Positions 29,552 through 38,863 of a stretch of DNA of 64,000 nt are shown piece after piece. Every line of letters starts with the position of its first letter. The stretch's first letter is position 1. The position numbers and the translations under genes are program-made. Source of the DNA: Deltaproteobacteria bacterium (GTDB taxonomy: Bacteria > UBA10199 > 2-02-FULL-44-16 > JAAZCA01); contig JABGOS010000118.1 of the NCBI GenBank assembly GCA_018645265.1, positions 7,855-71,854 of the forward strand, in the 5' to 3' direction. A model generated the notes under the pieces. The model was given only the letters and a program-made list of their open reading frames with translations, was not told where the DNA came from and did no database searches.

Positions 29552-32500
29552 ATGGGTAATGAAAAGGAAATTATTGAGTCGAAGAATGGTAATTATGAGG
29601 TCATCCGCAAGTTGGGTGAAGGTTTTACCGGTGAAGTCTATGTTGTGAACGATCTTACCCGGGGTGAACCGTGCGCGCTGAAGCTTTTAAACCCTGAGGC
29701 TTTTAAGGAGGGACAGCTCACTGCTTTTAAACGTGAGTTCATGTTGCTCTCCGATCTTCACAATCCCCATGTATGTGCTGTCTATGATTTCGGATTTTCC
29801 AGTAACAAGGATCGCTACTTTTTTACGATGGAGGTCGTACAGGGTAAAGATCTCTATAAGTATGTCGAAGGCCTAGCTATCGACGAGATTGAAGAACTCT
29901 TCGTTCAAATCGTGGATGGTCTGGGTGTGATTCATCAGGCAGGTCTCATCCATTACGATATCAAGGGATCCAACATCCTGGTAACCAATACGCCGACAGG
30001 TGGTGTCCTTGCAAAGATCGTCGATTTTGGACTCGCCGCACCCTCGGCAGAGGTTCATGAAAATATAGCCGGAACTGTACGCTACATGAGTCCGGAGATG
30101 ATTCTGCACGATCAGACGATAGATTACAGGAGTGATCTTTATTCGTTGGGTATCGTTTTTTATCGGATGTTGGCCGGTGATTACCCTAGTCAGGGAACAA
30201 ATATGAAAGAGGTTCTTTCCTGGCATGTCAGTCACACGGATCTTGATTCAGCACCCCTCAAGGCGAAGGGTGTGCCTGATTATCTAATCGAGGTGGTTGA
30301 GAATCTTACAAAACCTATTCCCACAGAGAGATTTTCCTCGGCAGCAGTGATAGTTAGGTTTCTGGAGCTTCATTCAGGGAAAAAATATGCAGAAGTGCAG
30401 AGGCAGCTTGTTTCAACGCTGATGGAGGAAGGCCCGCTCGTTGCGAGGGATGGCATTATGCAGACGATACGTCCGATGCTTCATCGTTTGGGAGAGAAAA
30501 AGAAATTTGAAGAGGATGATCACCAGACCTTGGTTGTAAGCGGTCCATCAGGTTCCGGGAAATCGAGAATTCTTAAGGAAGCGAAGTATATAACGCAGCT
30601 GATGGAAGTAAATAGGGTGATAGTGAGTGGCGACACAGAGGGACAGGATCTCGATGCATTTAAAAAATTCATCGGATGTGAGGGGCTGTCAGACGATGAC
30701 GCTACAAAGCATCTACTGGAAAGACAGCCTCTATGTCTAATGGTGGATGATCTTGATAAGTGCAACGGGCAGGTTAGGAACTTTGTGACTGCATTTGTTA
30801 ACACGCTTTATTCGTCCCGCTTTCTTGGAAAAGAAAGCATGGTTTACGTTCTTCTTTCGATGTCGGTCGATGGTCCTAAGGCACCTCTTCCTGTTTCATT
30901 GCATCTTGATGTTGAAAATAGATTTCTCGAACCCTTCAGCGCTGAGGATGTGATCAACTATCTGAGGCTGGCAATCGGTGAATCCAATCCTTCAAATAAA
31001 CAGGTTAAGGATATTTTAAATTTCTCTGGAGGAATTCCGGAGCTCGTTAGAATAGCTATTGCAACATTAGATTCGCCAGGTGGTAAGATTGAAGGTGGTG
31101 CCGATAAGATATTTGCTGAGAAGATAGACAAGCTCGATGATGCCGCGCGGAGGGTCCTTGGAATTTTAGTGTTAGCGGGTAGGCCTATTTCACAACACCA
31201 TCTTATCGTTCTTTCTGGCGTGATTATCGAGAATGCTCTCAGCGAGCTGCTGAAGGATGGGTTTATCACCTTCAACAGGGAAAAAGAAAGCTATGAGGCA
31301 GCATCGGGAGCAGTTGCTTCAGCTGTTCAGGCGGCGCTTGGCGAGGAGGAGGAGAAGGATATGGGCAAATCCCTTCTCGAACATTTCGAAGAGTACTCCC
31401 CTGATGATATCGATGCCATAACGAGGTTTGCGAAGTTGGGAGCAGATCCGGATAAGGTGCCGGGTTATATAATTGCGGCTGCTGAGAAAAAGGATTCCAT
31501 ATCAGACCTTGAGGGTACTTATAAATATTACAAGGATGCTATTGATGTTCTTCAAACTGGCGATGAGAGGCTTCCAAGTATTCATAGAAAACTGGCTAGA
31601 CAGCAGATTTTTATAGGAGAATTGGACGAAGCTATAAAACATATTGAGGAGGCCACCAAGGAGTCGGGTGAAAATAAGGATGATCTTCTGATGAGGAGCT
31701 GGATTGGGCGTATCCGCCATAAACCGGACGAGGCGCTTGAGTATATTCAAAAAGCGATGAAGGTCATGGCTGATGGGGCCGAACAAGTTGAGGTGCTGAA
31801 ACTGATGAATGAAGAGGCACAGTGCTACATCCAGATGGGTCAGCCTGATAAGGCCATTGAAATTTTTACAAAGACTCAGACTGAGGCCGATAATATGGCG
31901 GAGGATCAGAGGAAGCAGGTTGCGAATAATAATTTGGGCTTGGCATTGGCTCTGAAGGATGACTTCGACAATGCTATTGAATTTTATAATAAGAAATTTG
32001 ATTTTTTCTCTGATGATAAGAGGCTTGCGGCATCCATTCTTAGTCAGCTGGGCTACGTCTATCAGAGGGGAAATAAACTTACCGACGCTCTTGAGACTTG
32101 TAAGAAGAGCTGGGAACTTTATTCCGAAGTTGGCGACACCCATAGTTCGATGTCAATCTTGAGCAATCTCGTCTGTATCTGTCAGAGCCTAGCTCGTTTT
32201 ACAGATGCACTTCCATATGTGACGGCAAGTATTGAGCTTGCTTCGAAGGCAGGTTCGGAGAGGGATCTAGCTAACAACTTTTTGAATCTTGGGATGCTAT
32301 ATCTAAACCTGGGTTTGGAGGATGTTGCTGGAAGATACCTTAACGAAGCGGCGCGCATCTTTCAGAAGCTCAAGGATCCTCATATGGAGGGATGGGTTCA
32401 GCTCTCTATGGCTTACAGATACAAACATATTCATCGTTATGACGAGGCACTTGCCTATCTGAATGTTGTTATAAAGAGGGGAGCCGATAAGGGATATGCG

Positions 32501-33187
32501 GATCTCTCCCTGTGGGGCAATTATGAGGCGGCCGATATGCTCGTTGACCTGGGTCAAATAGAGAAGGCTGAAAAGTATCTATCCACCTTGGATGAGGTGT
32601 GGGACGGGGAGGAGAACGTCACCGAGACTACCATCAAGGTGGAGCTGTTGAGATGCAAAATCAGAGTCGGATCCAGAAAAGATGTTGGTGAACCCCTTGA
32701 AAAAAGGCTTCTGGAGTTGGCGGATCTATCGGATAATATGGAACTCAGGGAACTTGTCGGCGAAGTCTATCACACTTTGAGCGAGTACTATGGGATCTCA
32801 GGTGATCAGAAAAAGTCTGCCGAATTTGTTGCCAAGGCGAAAGATATAATCGATGAGATCGCATCCTCTCTTTCAGAGGAGTATCGCGGTTCATTTATGA
32901 AACAGAAATTTAGACAGAAGGTCGCCGAGGACAGCGTGAAGCTTAAGGATGTGATCGGGGAGATTAGGCGGGAGCTCGGTATTCCAGAGAAAATAAAACC
33001 TTCAATCAATGAGCCTTCGATTCGTGATGATACCGCTTTGAATGCGGAGCCAAGCGGAAAAACCGCTGATCTTTCCTCCGCTAATCTCGAGTTGGGGGAG
33101 ACGAGTGCTCTACCGGAATCTGAATCACAAGCATTGAGCAGGGAGATATCTAGAGATTTGAAGAAAAAAAAGGAAGAGGATAAGTAG
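29552..33187 (+). CDS. multidomain Ser/Thr protein kinase - STAND/AAA NTPase - TPR regulator (PknK/MalT-like architecture)
   Basis: Kinase Gly-loop LGEGFTGEVY, VAIK-like ALKLL, catalytic HYDIKGSNILV, DFGLA, SPE. Walker A VVSGPSGSGKSRIL and Walker B LCLMVDDLD. C-terminal TPR-like repeats, roughly 500 aa. Start set at the ATG at 29552, inside the GTG ORF. Confidence 0.85.
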   Translation: MGNEKEIIESKNGNYEVIRKLGEGFTGEVYVVNDLTRGEPCALKLLNPEAFKEGQLTAFKREFMLLSDLHNPHVCAVYDFGFSSNKDRYFFTMEVVQGKDLYKYVEGLAIDEIEELFVQIVDGLGVIHQAGLIHYDIKGSNILVTNTPTGGVLAKIVDFGLAAPSAEVHENIAGTVRYMSPEMILHDQTIDYRSDLYSLGIVFYRMLAGDYPSQGTNMKEVLSWHVSHTDLDSAPLKAKGVPDYLIEVVENLTKPIPTERFSSAAVIVRFLELHSGKKYAEVQRQLVSTLMEEGPLVARDGIMQTIRPMLHRLGEKKKFEEDDHQTLVVSGPSGSGKSRILKEAKYITQLMEVNRVIVSGDTEGQDLDAFKKFIGCEGLSDDDATKHLLERQPLCLMVDDLDKCNGQVRNFVTAFVNTLYSSRFLGKESMVYVLLSMSVDGPKAPLPVSLHLDVENRFLEPFSAEDVINYLRLAIGESNPSNKQVKDILNFSGGIPELVRIAIATLDSPGGKIEGGADKIFAEKIDKLDDAARRVLGILVLAGRPISQHHLIVLSGVIIENALSELLKDGFITFNREKESYEAASGAVASAVQAALGEEEEKDMGKSLLEHFEEYSPDDIDAITRFAKLGADPDKVPGYIIAAAEKKDSISDLEGTYKYYKDAIDVLQTGDERLPSIHRKLARQQIFIGELDEAIKHIEEATKESGENKDDLLMRSWIGRIRHKPDEALEYIQKAMKVMADGAEQVEVLKLMNEEAQCYIQMGQPDKAIEIFTKTQTEADNMAEDQRKQVANNNLGLALALKDDFDNAIEFYNKKFDFFSDDKRLAASILSQLGYVYQRGNKLTDALETCKKSWELYSEVGDTHSSMSILSNLVCICQSLARFTDALPYVTASIELASKAGSERDLANNFLNLGMLYLNLGLEDVAGRYLNEAARIFQKLKDPHMEGWVQLSMAYRYKHIHRYDEALAYLNVVIKRGADKGYADLSLWGNYEAADMLVDLGQIEKAEKYLSTLDEVWDGEENVTETTIKVELLRCKIRVGSRKDVGEPLEKRLLELADLSDNMELRELVGEVYHTLSEYYGISGDQKKSAEFVAKAKDIIDEIASSLSEEYRGSFMKQKFRQKVAEDSVKLKDVIGEIRRELGIPEKIKPSINEPSIRDDTALNAEPSGKTADLSSANLELGETSALPESESQALSREISRDLKKKKEEDK

Positions 33188-33204
33188 GCTCATCCTTTCT
33201 TCCA

Positions 33205-33720
33205 TCAACTTTCATTATCTAGAGGGTTCACCATCGATATATTGAGTAAGTCCTTCAATCCGGCCTCAAGTCTTTGTGTCTCATTCATTATATATGGACA
33301 TGCGCCGATGAGACATCCTGAATTTGAGGCGTCGTAGATTAGATGTAATCTTCCGAGGAAAGAAAATGCTGTAACGTTATTCTGGTCAGGAATTTTTAGT
33401 ATTCCGCTCTTGGTAGTGTGGCTGACAAGGGTTGTCGAACCATTTGTCTCTCGGCGCCATAACAAGACACCCTTCTTAAAGTATAGCGCATCGGTATCAT
33501 ACACGCACAGATCATCTATAGTTGATTTCCATCTAGGTATTTCAAATTGTGTCCAATTCTGGTTATGAAAATCGCTTGTAATGCCGGTGATCGATTCCTC
33601 ACTTAAATTGACGACAGTTCCTTTCATGAATGGGTGCGCTCTATCGGTGAAGGAACTGCAGTTTGGTTTTAAGTTGAATATGCTGTCCGGCAGTTTTTTT
33701 TGTGTCACACTCTTTGGCAT
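33205..33720 (-). CDS. hypothetical protein
   Basis: 171-aa ORF divergent from the 526-aa gene. No motifs recognised. Confidence 0.4.
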   Translation of the reverse strand: MPKSVTQKKLPDSIFNLKPNCSSFTDRAHPFMKGTVVNLSEESITGITSDFHNQNWTQFEIPRWKSTIDDLCVYDTDALYFKKGVLLWRRETNGSTTLVSHTTKSGILKIPDQNNVTAFSFLGRLHLIYDASNSGCLIGACPYIMNETQRLEAGLKDLLNISMVNPLDNES

Positions 33721-33932
33721 AGTTGTTGTGTCCTCGATGCGTTTATTTGCAGAAAAACGTTATAGTTGCTGTGAATCCCTAAGGCTATTGTAGTGTAATA
33801 TCAAATTGTTACGCTGAGTTCTCTATGGGACTTGGCTGCAGATCAGTCGCAGCTGAGCTTTCCTATTACTATTGAAAAATAATGCAATAAAAACATAAAA
33901 GTATGAACAGGCCTCTTGCAATGAAATAGGCA

Positions 33933-35513
33933 TTGTTATACGACTTATTGACAGGGAGGCATATGGTTAGAGCACTTCAATACAGTTCAGTTCCGAGTAG
34001 CTTTCATATAGCTGATCAGATTCATCCGTATAGATTCTGTCATCCGAATCTTGGTGGCAACCCGTTCTATGTTGCTCTGAGCCAATCGATTCCTACCAAG
34101 AATGATCAGACGGTATTGAATCATCTGCTGGGAGGGCAGGTGGGTCAGGCAGTGGCGGTACCGCTGCAGGATCTTCCACAGGAACTTCCCAGCGGTTTTC
34201 GATATTATGATATCACATCTGCAATACCTCCATACGTTCAGGAGAAACTGGGAACCTCTGAGTATATACCAGGCCCAAATTGTTATCACGCGGTGATGAC
34301 AACCCAATATGGGGATAGGTTTAGGGAGCGGTATGTTCATGATGAGGAGATCGGCTACTATCTGACTCGTGATTTTCAAGTATCAGCTAGAAGGGATCTT
34401 CTTGGTTCTGCTTTGATTTATACGCGGAGTGTTTACGGGTCATCCGGTATGAGTTTTGCTGAAGGGGTTAGCGTAGCGGGTGGCCCAGAGTACGATATCA
34501 AGGATTTTGGACTTACTACATTTGGCATATTCACTATGCAGATGCCAGGGGCATTCAAACCATCAAGAATACCTCGCGCAATAGGTGAATCCGAGGGACA
34601 CGGTGTTGTGAAGAAATCACTTCCTGATCTGAACGATGATGATTTTGTAGGTGATGAACAGCTATTTTCTCTAGCACCGGATGCGACAAGATCAGAGGGG
34701 TGGAAGGTTATTCCGACAGCTGATCCGGGAGTGCATGGGGCGATTATGTTGCTCGGAGGTATGGTATTTCAAAAGGGATGCTTCGGTGATCACTGTGGCT
34801 ATCGCATTGTTCCTGCTGACAAGGGGATGTCGTCGATTGAGATCAAACAGGAACGCTTTGCACCTAGGCGGGAGCCTGAGAATGATGCACACTACAGATA
34901 CACGAGCTACGTTCGTTCCAATAGAGATCCAGTAGAGAGGTTTGGCTTTAACTTGGAACTATCGAACAAGTTAGCGTCCTATGTCACTTTGATGGAGCAC
35001 TATCTTGGAAGGTTTAGAGGGATTAAGGACAAATCTTGGAAGCATTTCAATGAAGCCAGGATTGATCTGCTCAGCGTTGAGAATATGTGGGGCGTTCTGC
35101 GCGATATGGAAAAATTAATGTATGATGGTGAGCCAAGTAAAATGAATGCGTTGCTCAGAATTGATCCAACCATTGCTGAGATGTTTTTGGAACTCAAGAG
35201 TCTTAGATGGCAGTACCAAGTTATGACCGACAAGTACGCTCCCTTTCCGGATAGATGGTCACGTGATAGGGTTAAGCGTGAACTCGCAGAGTTGTATCGT
35301 GATCATTATGTCAATCCGGATAGTGAGATATTCAGGGATGAGGTTGTGGCGCATCTCAAAATCAGGGGGGTAGCTGAGGCATCGTGGAGTGGGGTCATCG
35401 CGGCGGTTGTTGAGAGGGTTAAGACATACGATCCTGTGGAATTTTCATCATCAAACGGTGCCAAAGGAATACCGTTCTCCGATCTTCTGGATGAAATAAT
35501 CGGATCTGGTTAA
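33933..35513 (+). CDS. hypothetical protein with OTU-like Cys motif (YIPGPNCYHAVMT) - possible cysteine peptidase
   Basis: 526 aa. The GxNC(Y/L)xHA motif resembles the OTU/A20 catalytic-Cys context (DGNCLMHA). A downstream His candidate is HGAIMLLGG. Unverified. Confidence 0.45.
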   Translation: MLYDLLTGRHMVRALQYSSVPSSFHIADQIHPYRFCHPNLGGNPFYVALSQSIPTKNDQTVLNHLLGGQVGQAVAVPLQDLPQELPSGFRYYDITSAIPPYVQEKLGTSEYIPGPNCYHAVMTTQYGDRFRERYVHDEEIGYYLTRDFQVSARRDLLGSALIYTRSVYGSSGMSFAEGVSVAGGPEYDIKDFGLTTFGIFTMQMPGAFKPSRIPRAIGESEGHGVVKKSLPDLNDDDFVGDEQLFSLAPDATRSEGWKVIPTADPGVHGAIMLLGGMVFQKGCFGDHCGYRIVPADKGMSSIEIKQERFAPRREPENDAHYRYTSYVRSNRDPVERFGFNLELSNKLASYVTLMEHYLGRFRGIKDKSWKHFNEARIDLLSVENMWGVLRDMEKLMYDGEPSKMNALLRIDPTIAEMFLELKSLRWQYQVMTDKYAPFPDRWSRDRVKRELAELYRDHYVNPDSEIFRDEVVAHLKIRGVAEASWSGVIAAVVERVKTYDPVEFSSSNGAKGIPFSDLLDEIIGSG

Positions 35514-35539
35514 ATAGTATTCAAATATCGATTTTTTCC

Positions 35540-35580
35540 AAAAAGGTGTCCGACACTAAAAAGGTGTCCGACACCTTTTG
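35540..35580. repeat. two abutting copies of the palindromic element (AAAAAGGTGTCCGACAC TAAAAAGGTGTCCGACACCTTTTG)
   Basis: 35540-35557 and 35558-35580. They sit between the 526-aa gene stop and the ECF sigma gene. Confidence 0.8.
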
Positions 35581-35690
35581 TTGTATTATTAACAATATAT
35601 ATCAGTTAGTTAGAGCGGCGCATGTTTTATTTCTCTTTATTGTAGACCAAAACGGCTGTGCATGCGTCTCAAGATGTGGAAGATGAGGCC

Positions 35691-36230
35691 ATGGATCTTA
35701 TAGATAATGCAATCAAGGGTAGCAACGTTGCGTGGAATGAAATCATCAGACGATATCAGAGGAGGGTTTTTGCTGTGGCACTTTCGGTGATGCGAAATTC
35801 TGATGATGCCGATGAAATTACGCAGGAGGTCTTTGTGAAGCTCTATACTCATATGGAGAGTTTAAAAAATAGAGATGGTGTTGGAAGTTGGCTCACCAAA
35901 ACCGCTTACAATATGTCTTGTGATAAATTGAGGTATAGAAAGATTAGGGGTTGGTTGTCATCCTCTGCAAAATCCGATTATGATGTTGCCGATGATCATT
36001 CGGTAAGCGAACGAATCCAAAAGGCCGAACTTGCCGAGACAATAGGAAAATGGATCGATGCGAAACTTTCGAGTAAGGAGAGGGCGGTCGTACAACTCAG
36101 AATTGGCGAGGAGATGAGCTTTCTAGAAATAGCGGAGGCGCTAGGTCTTTCTCAATCGAGCGTTAAGACTTACTATTATAGAGCTGTTGATAAGATGAAG
36201 ATGTTGTCTGGCAAGGGAGGGTTGTTATGA
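35691..36230 (+). CDS. ECF-type RNA polymerase sigma factor (sigma-70 family)
   Basis: Region 2 (YQRRVFAVALSVMRNSDDADEITQEVFVKLY) and region 4 HTH (SFLEIAEALGLSQSSVKTYYYRAVDKMK). ATG at 35691 within the GTG-started ORF. Confidence 0.85.
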   Translation: MDLIDNAIKGSNVAWNEIIRRYQRRVFAVALSVMRNSDDADEITQEVFVKLYTHMESLKNRDGVGSWLTKTAYNMSCDKLRYRKIRGWLSSSAKSDYDVADDHSVSERIQKAELAETIGKWIDAKLSSKERAVVQLRIGEEMSFLEIAEALGLSQSSVKTYYYRAVDKMKMLSGKGGLL

Positions 36231-36583
36231 AGAATGGTGATAACCTCAAGAAGCTTGCAGTGAACGTGGATAGACTTGAAGTTGATTGGAATGCGCAGCG
36301 CGTTCAAATCAACGATAGGATATCGAGGGGGGGGAAGCCCGTCATAAATTTATCATGGGTGTTAGGTGCATTGTCAGTTGCAGCGATGATTGTAGCTGCG
36401 GTAGTGATCTTTACGTTTTCGGCACCGCATGTTGAGGATGGAAGTGATCTGTTCACAGATATTGATATAGAAGAGTACGATATGCCGTATGGTCTTTACG
36501 TATTAAATGGTTTTACTGAAGAAGCTAGCAGTTTTGATGAAACCGCAAATTTTATACTAGCAGAGGAAGGAGATACGTTATGA
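36227..36583 (+). CDS. putative single-pass membrane anti-sigma factor
   Basis: 4-nt overlap with the sigma gene. Cytoplasmic N-terminus, one TM helix (WVLGALSVAAMIVAAVVIF), short periplasmic tail. Assignment is by gene context. Confidence 0.45.
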   Translation: MKNGDNLKKLAVNVDRLEVDWNAQRVQINDRISRGGKPVINLSWVLGALSVAAMIVAAVVIFTFSAPHVEDGSDLFTDIDIEEYDMPYGLYVLNGFTEEASSFDETANFILAEEGDTL

Positions 36584-37071
36584 AGAAATTATCAATTGTG
36601 GTGGTAGTTGTATTAGTTGCTCTGATATTCAGCGCTGATGCCTTTGCGCGAGGTGGTGAAAGAGGTGAAATGGGTGGAGGGGGTCATCGTGGTAAGTGGT
36701 GGAAGGATGCAGAGGTGGTCAAAACACTGAACCTTACTGAGAAACAGGTCGAGGGTATCAATAAAATTTCAAGTGATGAAAGAAGGGGGCAGATAAAAGT
36801 GCGTTCGGATCTCGAAATCCTTAGGATCGATATGGATGATGCTATGGAGGCGAAGGAGTTGGATTCAGGTAAGGTGAACAAGTTGATTGATAAATATGCA
36901 TCGCTCAAAGCCCAGCATGCAAAGGGTAGAATGAAGTCGTTGCTCGAGATTAGGAAATTATTAACACAGGAACAATATCTTAAGCTGAAGGCTATGCGCC
37001 CTGAGAGGGGTGGTAAGAAAGGTGCTAAGCGTCAAGATAAGGGTGGTAAAGAGAAGGGCAGGGGGAAATAG
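36580..37071 (+). CDS. Spy/CpxP-like periplasmic stress protein (two LTxxQ motifs)
   Basis: Signal peptide, LNLTEKQ and LLTQEQYLKLKAM motifs, helical and Lys-rich. 4-nt overlap with the upstream gene. Confidence 0.65.
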   Translation: MKKLSIVVVVVLVALIFSADAFARGGERGEMGGGGHRGKWWKDAEVVKTLNLTEKQVEGINKISSDERRGQIKVRSDLEILRIDMDDAMEAKELDSGKVNKLIDKYASLKAQHAKGRMKSLLEIRKLLTQEQYLKLKAMRPERGGKKGAKRQDKGGKEKGRGK

Positions 37072-37094
37072 TGCGGATGAAAATGTAAAAACAA

Positions 37095-37126
37095 AGCCCA
37101 TCACATTAGTGATGGGCTTCTTTATG
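37095..37126. terminator. bidirectional rho-independent terminator between convergent genes
   Basis: aaaaacaa-agcccatcac-atta-gtgatgggct-tctttat. Confidence 0.55.
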
Positions 37127-37144
37127 TATACGGGTGTTTTTCAA

Positions 37145-38740
37145 TCAGCGAAAAATCTTTTTGCCGATCAGACCAGCCATCATCCGATAGGTGGCTGCAG
37201 CATCGGCTGCCCCTGGGATTGTAGCTTGTGTATTCTCATGATATTTTGCTCTGCGGAGAAAGTACTCCTTCTTAACCTCCACAGAACCGAGGTTTTCTGG
37301 GTCAGCACCAAACCTGATGTGAATTGTCCCATCATGTGTGATGTGCACGTGAAATTGTGATGGGTCGAGTGTGATTCTTCCATCCATTTCGTACTCCGAC
37401 ATTGTCAGTAGGCCATTCCTTATCTGTTCAGAGAAATATAAATGGGTGCTTTGAGCTCTCACGCCGAGTTCATTCGAATTGTCTCCAAAGCCTTTGAAGT
37501 TCTGATCCCAAGACGGTACGATTACGCCGTTTTTCGCCTCCGTACAGCAGTATTTGAACATGCTTCTTACAAAGGGTGCGCTGAAAAAATGTTCAAATCG
37601 TTTGAGATGATCTGGGAGGCGTTTTAAATCGCTCTCATCAAGGTGATAGAGTAGATATTGAGCTCCATTAGTTCCCAAAAGTTTCATGTTTTCGATGACC
37701 ATTCGAGTATATCTAGAGCTCATCAGGAATTCTTCTGCACTTGAGAACATCTGGTACCAAAACCAGTCATCGCCACCGTAGGATGTCATATACTCGGGAT
37801 TGAATTTGAATCCTTCGGGATCTTTTAAGTATGCTGCACCATATTTATCCCGGATCTCTCCTATTAGCTCCATTTGGTAGTCGACATTAGTCTGCTTGGA
37901 GAGGAAATATAGCATCAACGATCTTTCCTCAGCCATGAAGATGACTTCCAGCTTGCGATCGATGTATCGGTCGACATCCGCCCTAAATAATCTCCCAAAC
38001 GGTTTTACACTATAGTAAATTCTTTTACCGCGGGCTAAATACGCTTCTACCCCTCTGTTTAGGGACTCAGAGCCATGCGGCCATCCGGAAGTTGTATACA
38101 CCAATGGTTGTTCAGACCATGCGAAACTTTTATCTACATCAGCGTAGTGTCTCTCGATGCCCTCCCTATCCACGACTCTGTAGTAGGTTGGATCAGACCC
38201 GTCGAACGCTATCAATCTGGATGAAGGATATAGAAGGTCTAGGTGCGCCTCCTTCTTAAGTCTCCTCATAGTTTGTGACAGTGCATCGACCCTGTCCCAG
38301 GGCATTGAATCCTTTGGCTTGAATTTAGGCGCCGATCTTCCGCAGGCGAGACATTGAGTAGGACATCCGTTTTGGAGGTCAATTATGGCGACTGTATTCC
38401 TTAGAAAAGCTAGTTCATGAATGTTGAGGCCGACTAAAGATTGTACCTCTCCAGTAGAGGAGGAATGGATGATATCATAAGCATGTTTCCAATCGACTCC
38501 GTCATAATTGAGATCAGGCAATCTATAACCACCACCCCAGAATGTTGAATAGTCCGGTGCGCCAAAGATAAGAGGATGCGGAATTGCTGGAGATGGGGCA
38601 GGGACCACCCTTCCTAGGATCCCTTGTCCGGTATGACTGGCCGCTGTTTGGGCGGAGGGATTGGTCATGGATCCGCTACCTGCCGAAAGCAGAGTGGTTA
38701 AATTTGCTGTGCCGAGGCTTTGTAAGATTCGTGTAACCAT
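37145..38740 (-). CDS. putative radical-SAM enzyme with Ser/Thr/Pro/Ala-rich N-terminal segment
   Basis: Single CxxxCxxC cluster (NGCPTQCLACG) about 125 aa from the N-terminus, followed by the Gly-rich FDGSDP. No second Cys cluster. The first 60 residues are low-complexity. Confidence 0.4.
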   Translation of the reverse strand: MVTRILQSLGTANLTTLLSAGSGSMTNPSAQTAASHTGQGILGRVVPAPSPAIPHPLIFGAPDYSTFWGGGYRLPDLNYDGVDWKHAYDIIHSSSTGEVQSLVGLNIHELAFLRNTVAIIDLQNGCPTQCLACGRSAPKFKPKDSMPWDRVDALSQTMRRLKKEAHLDLLYPSSRLIAFDGSDPTYYRVVDREGIERHYADVDKSFAWSEQPLVYTTSGWPHGSESLNRGVEAYLARGKRIYYSVKPFGRLFRADVDRYIDRKLEVIFMAEERSLMLYFLSKQTNVDYQMELIGEIRDKYGAAYLKDPEGFKFNPEYMTSYGGDDWFWYQMFSSAEEFLMSSRYTRMVIENMKLLGTNGAQYLLYHLDESDLKRLPDHLKRFEHFFSAPFVRSMFKYCCTEAKNGVIVPSWDQNFKGFGDNSNELGVRAQSTHLYFSEQIRNGLLTMSEYEMDGRITLDPSQFHVHITHDGTIHIRFGADPENLGSVEVKKEYFLRRAKYHENTQATIPGAADAAATYRMMAGLIGKKIFR

Positions 38741-38863
38741 TATTTTTATATAGAGTTTGTGCCTTAAAGTGGAACTATCTCGAACGATCTACTATCGGCG
38801 TGATGTTGATAATGTTGCTAGATAAATGGGTGGTCCTAGCTTGTTGATAAAATTGAAATAATA

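Noticed and set aside
31502-32143. 213-aa antisense ORF within the kinase-STAND-TPR gene
   Set aside because: Low-complexity composition. It overlaps a continuous, motif-rich sense ORF.
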